A DNA stretch of 63,941 nt, filler included, from Octopus bimaculoides (lineage: Eukaryota): NCBI RefSeq assembly GCF_001194135.2. It is 3 parts of 2 records of this genome, joined end to end, with 100 filler letters (N's around TTAATTAATTAA, not from the genome) between each part and the next. Parts side by side here need not be neighbours in the genome. Positions count along the whole stretch, not along the records: positions 29,824 to 57,125 come from NC_068990.1; positions 57,226 to 63,941 come from NC_068983.1; 1 more part is not named here. One strand, written 5' to 3'. The position numbers and the translations under genes are program-made. The notes below the pieces were generated by a model. That model had not been told where the DNA came from and searched no databases. It was given only the letters and a program-made list of their open reading frames with translations. Shown here piece after piece: positions 53,306 through 63,941 of the stretch (its first letter is position 1; each line of letters begins with the position of its first letter).

Positions 53306-54615
53306 CAACATTGCTAGTACCACCACAACCACCNNNNNNNNNNNNNNNNNNNNNNNNNNNNNNNNNNNNNNNNNNNNNNNNNNNNNNNNNNNNNNNNNNN
53401 NNNNNNNNNNNNNNNNNNNNNNNNNNNNNNNNNNNNNNNNNNNNNNNNNNNNNNNNNNNNNNNNNNNNNNNNNNNNNNNNNNNNNNNNNNNNNNNNNNNN
53501 NNNNNNNNNNNNNNNNNNNNNNNNNNNNNNNNNNNNNNNNNNNNNNNNNNNNNNNNNNNNNNNNNNNNNNNNNNNNNNNNNNNNNNNNNNNNNNNNNNNN
53601 NNNNNNNNNNACGACCATAATAACAACCTCCACCTTAAATATCGCCATCACAACCACTACCACTACAATCATCACCATCTTCGCCACCACCACCACCACC
53701 ACAGTGCCACCATCATCAAAGCCACTGCCGTCACCACTGCCATCGCCGTCACCAGAGCAAGCACCATTCCCACCGTCACCATCGCAACCACCACCTCCAT
53801 CAACACCACCTCTATCGCCACCACTCCGTTACAATCACCAATACTAACAGCGGAAAAGCTATCCTGAGAACCGAAACCACAACCCTTTCTATCACTGCGT
53901 CTTTGTACTCCTTACAATCACCAACAACCAAGGAATGGGTCATCAATTGGTTGCTTTAAGATGCTAGAAATGACAGCAAAACGTTCCTCAAGTGAAGCTA
54001 TTTTCTAACAAAGAGCAATACGATTTGAATATCATCTCAGGAATGTTGTGCTTGGGTAAAAGACGGGATGGCCATGAATGGGTTATTTTTGATCATAAAT
54101 CTGCTCGACGACTTGGTGCAATAGCAACCACTAACACAAATATCCCTTATAATACAAACCCCAACACCTTTATCTTCATCACCCAAAATGCTCAGCATCC
54201 CCATCACAAAACACGGCAGTAGTTTCAACGATGCTGCTACAACAGGTAGCATTTGGGTGTCAGATATATTCGTTCTTTCTGTTCTTTACATGGCACCTTA
54301 TTCATCATATGTTTGAAACCAGGTTGAATTTATTTAAATTTCTAAAACAATAAATAAAAATTATAGGGTAAGAATTAAACTAGGAAGATCCATGAATTAA
54401 CGATTAAAGCATTTTGAGTGTCAATGCAAATACGACTCAAGAGGACTGAAATAAATGGAAAAGAAAAAGAAAAAGATTAAGAAAGAGCGAGAGAGAAAAA
54501 AGAGAGAAAAGGTAGTGGTATAAAGTGAAAAGAAAACGAACAAATTTATATGACAACCCAATAAAATTCCGATTTCATCACAGCAATAGTAATCACTGTG
54601 AAAATAATTCAATGT

Positions 54616-54738
54616 GTGGAGGCGCAATGGTCCAGCGGTTAGGGCAGAGGACTCGCGGTCGTAGGATCACGGTTTCAATTCCCAAAGCGGGCGTAGTGTG
54701 ATTATTGAGAGAAAACACCTAAATCACCACGAGTCTCC
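54616..54738 (+). mobile_element. tRNA-like SINE head, family C variant
   Basis: ggaggcgcaatggtccagcggttaggg...ggtttcaattccc; matches 61398-61490. Confidence 0.75.
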
Positions 54739-54739
54739 G

Positions 54740-54893
54740 ACGGGCTTCTTTCAGTCTCTGTCAACCAAATCCACTCACAAGTTTTTGGTCGGCTTGAGAC
54801 TATAGTATAAGATATTTGACCAAGGTGCCACGAAGTGGGAATGAACCGGTGGTTGGAAAGCAAGCTACTTACCACACAGCCACGCCTGCGCCT
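54740..54893 (-). mobile_element. SINE family A head
   Basis: gggcttctttcagtctctgtcaaccaaatccactcacaag...cttaccacacagccacgcctgcgcct. Confidence 0.9.
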
Positions 54894-55149
54894 ATTAGCC
54901 ACTCGTGTATGTATATATATATATACACGATGGTCTTCTTTCAGTTTCCATCTACCAAATCCNNNNNNNNNNATGAAGTAGAGAAATTTGAAGACAACAC
55001 GAAACCGGTTATTTCTCAAAATACAATGTTTATATACCAAAAAGATTTTATAACATTTTTCTGACATAATTTAAATATATACTTTAACCATGTAACACAA
55101 GCCTTCTGTAGTTTTTTCACTCTTATTATCTTTTATGTATATATATATA

Positions 55150-55320
55150 TACACGATGGTCTTCTTTCAGTTTCCATCTACCAAATCCACTCACAAGGCT
55201 TTGGTCGGATCGAAGCCATAGTAGATGACACGTGTGCTCAATGTGTCGTGCAGTGGGACTGAATCCAGAATCATGTGGATGGGAAACAAGCTTCTTACCA
55301 CACAGGCCACGCCTGCGCCT
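55150..55320 (-). mobile_element. SINE family A head
   Basis: Same pattern, ending cttaccacacaggccacgcctgcgcct. Confidence 0.9.
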
Positions 55321-55754
55321 TTTTTTCAAAAAAGGTGCAATAGCTATAAGGGTGTACCCGAGTAAAATAGGGTATCAGAGGTAAAAACGAAAACAGCTGA
55401 GTACTAACGTCACAACCGCGCTCACCTCTTCGCTTCATTTCTCCAAAACCACCACTATCGCCACCAACATTGCACAGTTTACCACCGCCGCGAGCACAAC
55501 AAATATCACTGTTGCAACTACCACCACAGCTATGACCACAATAAACAGCAAATAACAATTTATTATCCAAATTGATTGGTTATGTGTTGTTAAGTTGGCA
55601 TAAAGTCAATAAGGGTTGCTTCATTGGAATTGTAGTTTTGTTGACAAATGAACTGGTTGGGAAGTCTAGCATTTTACACAACAACAATGGACCTTCTCTT
55701 TTTTCTAAAGCTTTTTTATTTTGCTGTCACTGTTTACTCATTTTATTCATGTAT

Positions 55755-55785
<31 letters not shown>

Positions 55786-56634
55786 NNNNNNNNNNNNNNN
55801 NNNNNNNNNNNNNNNNNNNNNNNNNNNNNNNNNNNNNNNNNNNNNNNNNNNNNNNNNNNNNNNNNNNNNNNNNNNNNNNNNNNNNNNNNNNNNNNNNNNN
55901 NNNNNNNNNNNNNNNNNNNNNNNNNNNNNNNNNNNNNNNNNNNNNNNNNNNNNNNNNNNNNNNNNNNNNNNNNNNNNNNNNNNNNNNNNNNNNNNNNNNN
56001 NNNNNNNNNNNNNNNNNNNNNNNNNNNNNNNNNNNNNNNNNNNNNNNNNNNNNNNNNNNNNNNNNNNNNNNNNNNNNNNNNNNNNNNNNNNNNNNNNNNN
56101 NNNNNNNNNNNNNNNNNNNNNNNNNNNNNNNNNNNNNNNNNNNNNNNNNNNNNNNNNNNNNNNNNNNNNNNNNNNNNNNNNNNNNNNNNNNNNNNNNNNN
56201 NNNNNNNNNNNNNNNNNNNNNNNNNNNNNNNNNNNNNNNNNNNNNNNNNNNNNNNNNNNNNNNNNNNNNNNNNNNNNNNNNNNNNNNNNNNNNNNNNNNN
56301 NNNNNNNNNNNNNNNNNNNNNNNNNNNNNNNNNNNNNNNNNNNNNNNNNNNNNNNNNNNNNNNNNNNNNNNNNNNNNNNNNNNNNNNNNNNNNNNNNNNN
56401 NNNNNNNNNNNNNNNNNNNNNNNNNNNNNNNNNNNNNNNNNNNNNNNNNNNNNNNNNNNNNNNNNNNNNNNNNNNNNNNNNNNNNNNNNNNNNNNNNNNN
56501 NNNNNNNNNNNNNNNNNNNNNNNNNNNNNNNNNNNNNNNNNNNNNNNNNNNNNNNNNNNNNNNNNNNNNNNNNNNNNNNNNNNNNNNNNNNNNNNNNNNN
56601 NNNNNNNNNNNNNNNNNNNNNNNNNNNNNNNNNN

Positions 56635-56675
<41 letters not shown>

Positions 56676-57125
56676 GAGAGATAGATATATAATGATATAT
56701 TTTAGCTTTCTTCTGATGTATTCTATGCATTTTATATTTTCACTGCAATTATTTCTACTATTTTTCTCATGTTATTTTATGTTATTCGTTGCTTGGTTAT
56801 TTTCCTAATAATTCTCTTACTCTTCCTATTGTTTCAAATGATACTAATGTTTGTACTATTGTTGTTGTTGTTGTTGTTGCTGTCGTTCAATTTTATTTTT
56901 GTTTTATACTTGTTAGTTTTGCTGTTTTTTATCATTGAACTGGTCGTCATTGTTGTTGTTGGTGCTGTTGAAGGTGATGTTGATAATGATGATGATGATG
57001 ATGATAATGATAATGATGTTTATACGCTTCTATTGTTGCTTAGGTTTATAATAACTAGAATGTTGACTTCAACATAATATTTATCGGTTGTTTTGCTCTG
57101 TCAGGTGTTTTATATATATATATAT

Positions 57126-57225
57126 NNNNNNNNNNNNNNNNNNNNNNNNNNNNNNNNNNNNNNNNNNNNTTAATTAATTAANNNNNNNNNNNNNNNNNNN
57201 NNNNNNNNNNNNNNNNNNNNNNNNN
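57126..57225. other. Artificial scaffold-join spacer
   Basis: Exactly 44 N + TTAATTAATTAA (57170-57181) + 44 N. Confidence 0.92.
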
Positions 57226-57432
57226 GAACGTTCGTGCTGCTGGTCGAGGTGAGAGGGATAACTCCCTTGGCAAACAGGACACAGTCGTGTGTCGATAAGC
57301 CAGCTGGAGGAGATGTCCTCCTGGGGCTAAAAGCAACAGTAACATCCACCCCTAGGGGTCAGCCACACTTAAGTGGCAATATACTACACTTTATCGTGCA
57401 GTTACTGTTAATACTTCATATAGAGAATTAAC

Positions 57433-57468
<36 letters not shown>

Positions 57469-59802
57469 ATGTATATATGTACACGTACACACACGCATGT
57501 TTAATAGGTTTCGATTGTGTGAAAAGTGGTAAGCACCATATGGCATTACCTTGAAAAGCTTGTTATAGAAATATAAGCTTTTCTGATGGTATGTATTCTC
57601 TGGACAATATAAAAAAGTTTCAGCTTAGTAGGAGAGTGAGCAATTTGTACTGGTGTATTTGTGTTTGTATGTGTGTATACTATTCCTATGCCAGTGTATG
57701 TTGTACATGTGTATGTGTGCATAATAAAATACACACATGTATATACATATATGTATGTGCATATATATGAGTGTATGTATGCATGCGAGTGTTTGCATGC
57801 ATAGACACGTATACATACATAATGAAGTTACAATGAAAATCAAATTAAAAAAAAGTTTTGCTCTTCACATCTTGATAATTTAGCTGCTGATCTATTTAAC
57901 AGGGAGAAATAAAATTTCTATTCATGTTGTGGTGATATCCATTCAAGATGCAAGCAGCTTCAGTTGGTGGTGAAGGAAGTTATTGAAATGATCAGACTAT
58001 TATATCACTTCAACATTTTTCTTCAGAGGCTTTCTTCTAGATTTAAGAGAGGATAGACATTTTCTATCTCATTGTATTGAACAGTTTATATTTTTTTTTC
58101 TACATTTTATTTTTATTTTTAATTAACTGTTTTCTAAACTTTTAAAAATAAAGCAGATTTAATTAAAATAGTATTTGAAAAGTCTAAATTAAAATTGTAT
58201 AAATTTACAACATATTCCTTTGAAATACACATTTTGAAAATACTAGATTGGCAAGAAGTTATTTTCTTAATGTTTTGGATATTTTAAAAGTAAAAGAATA
58301 GGTGTGAACTGATTAAATAGTTTTGGTAATATATTTTAAAAGGTTTTGAAATGTTTACAAAAGTAATTTTCTTTGGTTTTAATAAGAAAATTGTTATTAT
58401 AATCTAACACTCTTTATTTTCTATCTCTACTTCATGAGAAAGTAAAGGACAAACATGTCTTCTTAATGATGCTAGTAAATCAGTCATTTGCCAGTTAGTC
58501 TTCATTTTCACTGTCATTTCCAGACAACTAATAACAAGTAACCTCCATGACCTAGAAAATATTCTAAAGAAACCAAGTTGTTGATGCTGACAGAGGTGTC
58601 AGCTTGGCACAGAATAAAATCAATATCTTGAAAGAGAAGAAGTAATATGATGGAATATATATCAGGATTTAATGTAGCATACCTTCCAGAGATGTAATTT
58701 ATAACTGCAGCACTGTAATGTCAGTATACATACACTTATAAAACTGGGAACTCATTTGGGTAAATTCAACATAATAAAAAATGGAAAAAAAGAAATCTTT
58801 TCAAGTTGGGTAGGAAAGATGAATGCTATAATATATGCATAAGAAGAAAGAATTCTTACACTTTCTTATCCCATCTGGTTATTTCACAGAAAGAATCTAA
58901 TTTTGTTTTCTATGTAGACTCAAATTGGTTTTTATTGTAAGCTATACATTTTTTTAAACAGAACTTAAATTGAATTTACAGGAAATATAAATTTTAACTG
59001 TTAAATCTTTTCTTACAATTAATATCCTCTATTTCTTTTATAGTTTCTTTTCTTTAAAATAATTTATCTTATTCATAGTTTTCAATAGATGCAAATTACC
59101 TATTTTCAGGGTTTCTTCTGAAAAATTTTTGGACAAATCAGGTTTAGTTTCTGCTTAGCAGTTGATTCCTGCATTTCAGTCTTGCAACTCAAAACATCAA
59201 TGGCTATTATTTATGGCCTGATCATGGCTATCTTAATATGAAACACCAGAGAGATATCTGAGATAATGAAATCTGTGTTACACTGATATCTATTGAGCCA
59301 AAACTATATCCTCTTAGCATGCAACATTTGCATGACTTCCCTTTTCCTTGAAGACTGTCTGTATATACTTACATTTCTTATACACAATACTAGTTTTAAA
59401 TAAATACTGTTGAAAGCACACATTAACTTTGTAACACCTTTAAATCTTTTAGAAATGGTTTTGTTTCATTTATTGAAATGGAACCTATATAGATATATCA
59501 AGAGTCACATTTATACACCATGGTTAACAAGTATGAGGATGCAATAGATATGCTTACGAAACTGTCTACTAAACAGGTTGAATATAAAGTGTTATATAAT
59601 AAATGAATGTAGATAATATGATTCTCTTGTTGATACATATTGTAAACTAATGAACCAAAAACCAAAACTGAGGGGTAAATAATTTGCTAGATAACTTGTC
59701 GATCTACTAGCTTAAATAATGTGAGGAATTAACAGGAATTTTGTTGAGGTTCTAGCTAAGATATTTAATTCTGTTTGCTTCAGACTTCTTTGAGAAAGTT
59801 AC

Positions 59803-59850
59803 CTTGCTGTTATGCCCAGAAAGTGTGTAGTCTCGTCCCCAACCTTGATA
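59803..59850 (-). CDS. Candidate internal exon (YQGWGRDYTLSGHNSK), unknown gene
   Basis: catttttttatag-like acceptor, CAAG|GTAACT donor, 48 nt, phase 0-0, in frame with the exon at 60075-60139. Confidence 0.45.
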
Positions 59851-60074
59851 CTATAAAAAATGCTGCAATGAATCTACAATAATCTTTGTCTTTATATTTA
59901 TTTTACAGCTTTTATTATCCATATGCTTCCAATTAGATAGTCGGTTTTATATGCATATGAGTTGCATCTTCATACGTATTGCACCTTTATATCTGTTGCA
60001 CTTTCATACCTACTGCACAAGCCACAATGTGGCTTGTACTTATTTATCTAGATTATAAGTTACTGAATGCTTAC

Positions 60075-60139
60075 CTTTATTTTATAGATATCCCCAACCA
60101 CATTAATTTTATAAGATATTCTCTCTTCATGTGGTATGC
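60075..60139 (-). CDS. Candidate internal exon (GIPHEERISYKINVVGDIYKIK), unknown gene
   Basis: ctattatctatag| acceptor, AAAG|GTAAGC donor, 65 nt open (phase 1 to 0). Confidence 0.45.
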
Positions 60140-60470
60140 CTATAGATAATAGCAATCATGGACCCCACATTCTAACCAGAAAATTTACGACTTTATTTAG
60201 AAAACGTCTGCAGTGATTTCCTGTTACTTTTGCCTGTTTACAGTTTACTCTGTTGGTCTCCTGCTCTTCCAAGCCTATCTTTGGGGTTCTAGGGCCTAAC
60301 TAACCTTTAGGCAGGGGTAACTAGTTTATGTGTTATCACACATCATTGGGCATGTGTAACATATGTCTAGGAGACAGGTCTCCTTTAAGTCTTTACCCTT
60401 TACTTACAGGACCCATAGGATGATATATGAAAAATAATTGTTTCAGAGAAAGAACTAACTCGTATATATA

Positions 60471-60948
<478 letters not shown>

Positions 60949-61397
60949 TATAAAAAATATTATTTTGAAATTTCTATTGTATTTTATGAACAAACATTTT
61001 GTTTGATAGAATCCCAGAATATTTTCATTGAATTCTATTGTTTCTTGGGACCTACTTCAAGAAACACTAATCTAGATTGACCATCAAGAAATAAAGAAAA
61101 ATCCCTGTTTATGCTCTAATGCTCTCCAAGAAAAAACCCACACGTCTTCAGATCAAACTTTAAGTTATAGCCTATAATCAAAAACACTCAACACTAGCTA
61201 CCTCTTGCTCTTTAGTAGTTAATAAATACAATGTAAAAGTTTGTCTCAGAATTGTTATCATGGACCATGAACATCTTTTCATATGATGTATAATTTGATA
61301 ATCTTTGTCTTGTTACAGTTATTTGATTGTGGTCATTCTGGTGTACAGCCTTGCAGTATTTAGTCAATCAATCCATCCACAGTGCTTCATTTTTTTA

Positions 61398-61669
61398 AGG
61401 ACAGCGGACTCGCGGTCATAGGATCGCGGTTTCAATTACCAGACTGGGCGTTGTAAGTGTTTATTGAGCGAAAACACCCAAAGCTCCACGTGGTTCCGGC
61501 AGGGGATAGTGGCAAACCCTGCTGTACTCTTTCACCACAACTTTCTCTCGCTCTTACTTCCTGTTTCTGTTGTGACTGTAATTCAAAGGGTCAGCCTTGT
61601 CACACTGTGTTATGCTGAATATCCCCGAGAATTACGTTAAGGGTACACGTGTCTGTGGAGTGCTCAGCC
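61398..61669 (+). mobile_element. SINE family C variant, cut by a gap
   Basis: Head matches 54616-54738; body matches 50270-50370 and the reverse complement of 37770-37840. Confidence 0.8.
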
Positions 61670-62169
61670 NNNNNNNNNNNNNNNNNNNNNNNNNNNNNNN
61701 NNNNNNNNNNNNNNNNNNNNNNNNNNNNNNNNNNNNNNNNNNNNNNNNNNNNNNNNNNNNNNNNNNNNNNNNNNNNNNNNNNNNNNNNNNNNNNNNNNNN
61801 NNNNNNNNNNNNNNNNNNNNNNNNNNNNNNNNNNNNNNNNNNNNNNNNNNNNNNNNNNNNNNNNNNNNNNNNNNNNNNNNNNNNNNNNNNNNNNNNNNNN
61901 NNNNNNNNNNNNNNNNNNNNNNNNNNNNNNNNNNNNNNNNNNNNNNNNNNNNNNNNNNNNNNNNNNNNNNNNNNNNNNNNNNNNNNNNNNNNNNNNNNNN
62001 NNNNNNNNNNNNNNNNNNNNNNNNNNNNNNNNNNNNNNNNNNNNNNNNNNNNNNNNNNNNNNNNNNNNNNNNNNNNNNNNNNNNNNNNNNNNNNNNNNNN
62101 NNNNNNNNNNNNNNNNNNNNNNNNNNNNNNNNNNNNNNNNNNNNNATATATATATATATATATATAAAG

Positions 62170-62760
62170 TAATATATATCTACTACATATGCAGAAAATC
62201 GTTGTGTGTTTGTTTGTGGTGTTGTTAGCTAATTCCTTCTACATGATTTTATTGATTTTGATGAAACTTAACATGTGAGTAGAACTCATGTCTGGAAAAC
62301 TTGTGACATACTTAGATTGTTGAAAAAATTGACAATGTGGCCCCTGGAAGGGACCTTTATATCTACCTCATATAATTGATTTTTTTAAACACTTAAGGGA
62401 AATAACCCATAGCACCTGTGCAATATTTTTTTTTAAACACTCAAGGAAAATAACCTGTTTCATTGTTTATGTTCAATTACTTTGAATATTGATTTTTTGT
62501 GTGTCCTGTTTGTAATTTTTGCCGACAATATCGCTTTTATACTTTATACTTTATTTGACAAGTGAGCAGAACTCATGTCTGGAAACCTCATGACATACTT
62601 AGATTGTTGAAAAAAATCGATAATAGGGCCCTTCCAATAGGGCCCTTATATCTACTACGTATTACTAATATTTTATTTAAACAACCCAAGGGAAATAACC
62701 CATACCATCTGCAGATATTAGCGACGCAATCAATATTTGATTCTCACAATCAGCCGACCT
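62170..62760 (+). mobile_element. Probable Helitron-like element with an internal ~170-bp duplication
   Basis: atctactacatatg...gtgtgtttgtttg start. 62275-62410 is repeated at 62560-62705 (gaactcatgtctggaaa, gacatacttagattgttgaaaaaa, aagggaaataacccata). Confidence 0.4.
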
Positions 62761-63106
62761 AATTCTGCATTTCATTGCTCAATTTTGAACTGCACTACCT
62801 TAATTTGAATCTTATGCATTAAAGACTTCATTCATACATTTCTATACAGACATTCTTTTTTGAATGCCCATTAGTCCGATAATTTTTACAGTTACACTTT
62901 TTCCATGATAGTAGATGATTTTTTTATTCCACAACGTATTTGTAGTGACTTCATCCAGGCATAGTATGGATTCGATCCTCAATTGCCAAATTTCACTTAA
63001 CAGTTCAACAGTGCTTTTCTCATGGTAAAACAATAGTTATTCTGTGAATGACAGTAGTTATATATTTCCGAGATGCCTTTGCTAAGCAGAATAATGTCTT
63101 TACCTC

Positions 63107-63198
63107 TTGCCAACCTTTGACTACCTCTCTCACCAACCTCCGACAATCTTTCTTGCCAACCTCCGAAAACCTCTCTCACCAACCTCCAATAATCTTTC
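63107..63198. repeat. 23-bp minisatellite x4 in an ABAB pattern
   Basis: ttgccaacctttgactacctctc / tcaccaacctccgacaatctttc / ttgccaacctccgaaaacctctc / tcaccaacctccaataatctttc. Confidence 0.9.
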
Positions 63199-63356
63199 TC
63201 TACTCCAGCTGACAGTGCTTTGTACTTTTTGTGATGAAAAATACACCTTTTGTGACAGTTATAATGAAATAGCTTTCTTATGTCAGAGTAATAAGGAGTT
63301 TCAATAGAACATGTTTACCCCTGGGAATCACCAGGTACACCAGCTAATATATATAA

Positions 63357-63391
<35 letters not shown>

Positions 63392-63457
63392 AATAAGCTA
63401 CTAAAAAGGATGTGGCAGCTAGTGTTGAGTGTTTTTGATGATAGGATATAACTTATA

Positions 63458-63686
63458 TATTCTTTTATTCTTTTATTTGTTTCAGTCATTTGACTGTGGC
63501 CTTGCTGGAGCACCATATTTAGTCAAACAAATCGACCCCAGCACTTATTCTTTGTAAGCCTAGTACTTATTTTATTAGTCTCTTTTGCCAAACCACTAAG
63601 ATAAGAGGATGCAAACACAAACATTGGTTGTCAAGTGAAGGTGGGGAGATGAACACAGACACACGCATACATACATATATATATAT
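63458..63686 (-). mobile_element. SINE family A, 3' half
   Basis: Reverse complement of 60740-60948. Confidence 0.9.
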
Positions 63687-63941
63687 GTCATCATCATCAT
63701 CATCGTTTAATGTCCACTTTCCATGCTAGCATGGGTTGGACGATTTGACTGAGGACTGGTGAAACTGGATGGCAACACCAGGCTCCAATCTAATTTGGCA
63801 GAGTTTCTACAGCTGGATGCCCTTCCTAACGCCAACCGCTCAGAGAGTGTAGTGGGTGCTTTTACGTGTCACCCGCACGAAGGCCAGTCAGGCGGTACTG
63901 GCAACGGCCACGCTCGAAATGGTGTCTTTTATGTGCCACCC
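63687..63941 (-). mobile_element. SINE-like element, family E, with a (GAT)n tail; runs off the window
   Basis: (cat)n tail on the plus strand, then ctggatgcccttcctaacgccaacc (minus strand ggttggcgttaggaagggcatccag), a motif I associate with RTE-partnered SINEs; sits in the microsatellite of a family A copy. Confidence 0.65.

Noticed and set aside
53611-53850. Thr/Pro-rich mucin-like ORFs from (ACC)n-rich sequence
   Set aside because: Degenerate trinucleotide low-complexity tract beside a gap, with no coding context.
62842-63033. Possible pogo/Tigger-like transposase relic (ILCLDE...GKSVTVKIIG)
   Set aside because: Similarity limited to a few residues; no TIRs or further motifs found.
63107-63198. 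Short regular repeats as a CRISPR-like array (also 6430-6490, 23926-23957, 29059-29098)
   Set aside because: Head-to-tail tandem units without unique spacers, in eukaryotic DNA with no cas genes.

Overview
AT-rich animal genomic DNA from a gappy short-read draft assembly. The SINE families and the density of (AT)n, (CA)n, (AAT)n and (GATA)n microsatellites look like an octopus (coleoid cephalopod) genome; this is inferred from recognised repeats, not from a search. Two artificial 100-bp spacers (44 N + TTAATTAATTAA + 44 N) split the window into three segments that may not be adjacent in vivo: 1-29723, 29824-57125 and 57226-63941. Most recognisable content is decayed mobile DNA: at least four SINE-like families, an unclassified ~520-bp element always flanked by (AAT)n, R4/Dong-type, RTE and CR1-type LINE relics, Tc1/mariner relics including a near-perfect 567-bp palindromic mariner derivative, and Helitron/Helentron-like elements. 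There is no intact long CDS, rRNA, true tRNA or CRISPR array, and every long ORF in the track is an artefact of N-runs or microsatellites. Non-repeat signals are (i) in-phase candidate exons of an unrecognised minus-strand gene in a CpG-depleted block at ~59.4-60.1 kb, and (ii) a decayed, tandemly duplicated set of exon-like units at ~0.2-10.4 kb that resemble, by eye only, an FN3-repeat receptor. I cannot support a wholly new biological system. The best leads are the (AAT)n-associated R4/Dong plus unclassified-element clusters, a twin-priming-like RTE inversion, the hairpin mariner and the candidate exon sets.
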